Positions 23,326 to 24,000 of a stretch of DNA of 24,000 nucleotides are shown piece by piece. The notes below the pieces were generated by a model, which saw only the letters and a list, made by a program, of their open reading frames with translations, was not told the DNA's origin and made no database searches. The translations under genes and the position numbers were made by a program. Origin of the DNA: Infirmifilum uzonense (GTDB lineage Archaea; Thermoproteota; Thermoprotei; Thermofilales; Thermofilaceae); assembly GCF_000993805.1 (NCBI RefSeq), contig NZ_CP009961.1, positions 1 through 24,000 on the forward strand, in the 5' to 3' direction. The first letter of the stretch is position 1; each line of letters opens with the position of its first letter.

Positions 23326-23784
23326 ATGGATAACATAATAGTAATAGATGGTTCCAATCACATTGCTGGAAGGCTTGCCAGTGTTATCGCTAAAAAACTT
23401 CTCGAGGGCAAAAATATCGTTGTTGTAAACGCGGATAAGATCATCATAACAGGCAAGCCTGAATCTATAACTGCGACATACTTGAAAAGATGGCTGGAAT
23501 GGAAGACCTACTACAACCCCGAGAAGCGGGGCCCAAAGTATCATAGGACGCCAGATAGGCTCTTCAAACGAATGGTGCGGGGCATGCTTCCTCACGATAA
23601 ACCGAAGGGGCGTGAAGCCCTCAAAAGACTAAAGGTTTATGTAGGAGTCCCCGAGGAGTTCAAGGAGGCAAAGATGGTTAAAGTGGAAGAGGCCTTATTT
23701 AAAAACCCCCTTGTTCCATCTATAACACTTGGGGAACTATACGCTAGGCTCTCTAATAAAGTGCTTATGGGTGGTGCCGAGTGA
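23326..23784 (+). CDS. rpl13: 50S ribosomal protein L13
   Basis: The 152-aa ORF reads IVIDGSNHIAGRLASVIAKKLLEGKNIVVVNADKIIITG...RMVRGMLP. Confidence 0.93.
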   Translation: MDNIIVIDGSNHIAGRLASVIAKKLLEGKNIVVVNADKIIITGKPESITATYLKRWLEWKTYYNPEKRGPKYHRTPDRLFKRMVRGMLPHDKPKGREALKRLKVYVGVPEEFKEAKMVKVEEALFKNPLVPSITLGELYARLSNKVLMGGAE

Positions 23785-24000
23785 GAGTTGTTCTAGCTTC
23801 CGCTCGACGTAAAACAGCTAGGGCTAGAGTTATAGTGAGAGATGGCAAGGGAAGGATTTTTATCAACGGAACTCCTCTCGAGGTTCTCGAACCTGAAGTT
23901 GTAAGGCTAAAGATCATGGAACCAATTGTCCTTGCAGGCGACCTGGTTAAGACGATAGACATTTTTGCTGAGGCTAAGGGCGGTGGCATAATAGGTCAGG
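23781..24000 (+). CDS. rps9: 30S ribosomal protein S9, 5' partial (continues beyond the window)
   Basis: It is not in the ORF track because no stop falls inside the window. GTG 23781 overlaps the L13 stop (GTGA). Hand translation gives VRVVLASARRKTARARVIVRDGKGRIFINGTPLEVLEPEVVRLKIMEPIVLAG...AKGGGIIGQ. Confidence 0.88.
   Translation, partial: MRVVLASARRKTARARVIVRDGKGRIFINGTPLEVLEPEVVRLKIMEPIVLAGDLVKTIDIFAEAKGGGIIGQ

Noticed and set aside
21134-23989. Minus-strand ORFs in the ribosomal/rpoD block (21134-21385, 21530-21742, 21975-22196, 22252-22499, 22638-22930, 23311-23595 and 23765-23989)
   Set aside because: They are antisense to nusA, S12, rpoD, L13 and S9. None has a recognisable motif or promoter.
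1-24000. CRISPR arrays, rRNA genes, inteins in polB, and long tandem repeats
   Set aside because: I scanned for regularly spaced direct repeats and rRNA-like GC-rich blocks and found none. PolB motifs are contiguous, with no intein-sized insertion.

Overview
The window reads as chromosomal DNA from a hyperthermophilic crenarchaeon, probably Desulfurococcales/Sulfolobales-like. This is an inference from an unsplit rpoB next to a split rpoA'/A'', a PolB1 that aligns from memory with Sulfolobus Dpo1, TATA-box promoters with GGTGA-type SD sites, and tRNA introns at non-canonical positions. Most of the window is core information-processing genes. On the minus strand these are polB1, a small Zn-binding protein, L40e (51 aa, absent from the ORF track), TBP, Ard1 acetyltransferase, signal peptidase and GlyRS. 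On the plus strand they are a thermosome subunit, rpoK, the block rpoH-rpoB-rpoA'-rpoA''-L30e-nusA-S12 joined directly to rpoD-L18e-L13-S9 (S9 runs off the end), and one orphan LivJ-type binding protein. Four tRNA genes are present and all carry introns: Ile-GAU with two, Thr-UGU, Lys-UUU, and a UGC-anticodon tRNA. Five things stand out. (1) The TBP reading frame is broken by a 29-nt insert carrying a palindromic hairpin. (2) Two diverged copies of a discrete GC-rich element (301-690 and 10494-11040) sit 3-6 nt beyond the 3' ends of two different tRNA genes in the same relative orientation. Each copy has a degenerate TnpB C-terminus with conserved terminal hairpins and an opposite-strand short ORF that shows a synonymous-substitution pattern. 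(3) The UGC-anticodon tRNA has G3-C70 and an encoded CCA. (4) A GC-rich nested-stem RNA candidate lies at 762-840. (5) A C/D-box sRNA candidate lies at 11213-11266. No CRISPR array or rRNA was seen.
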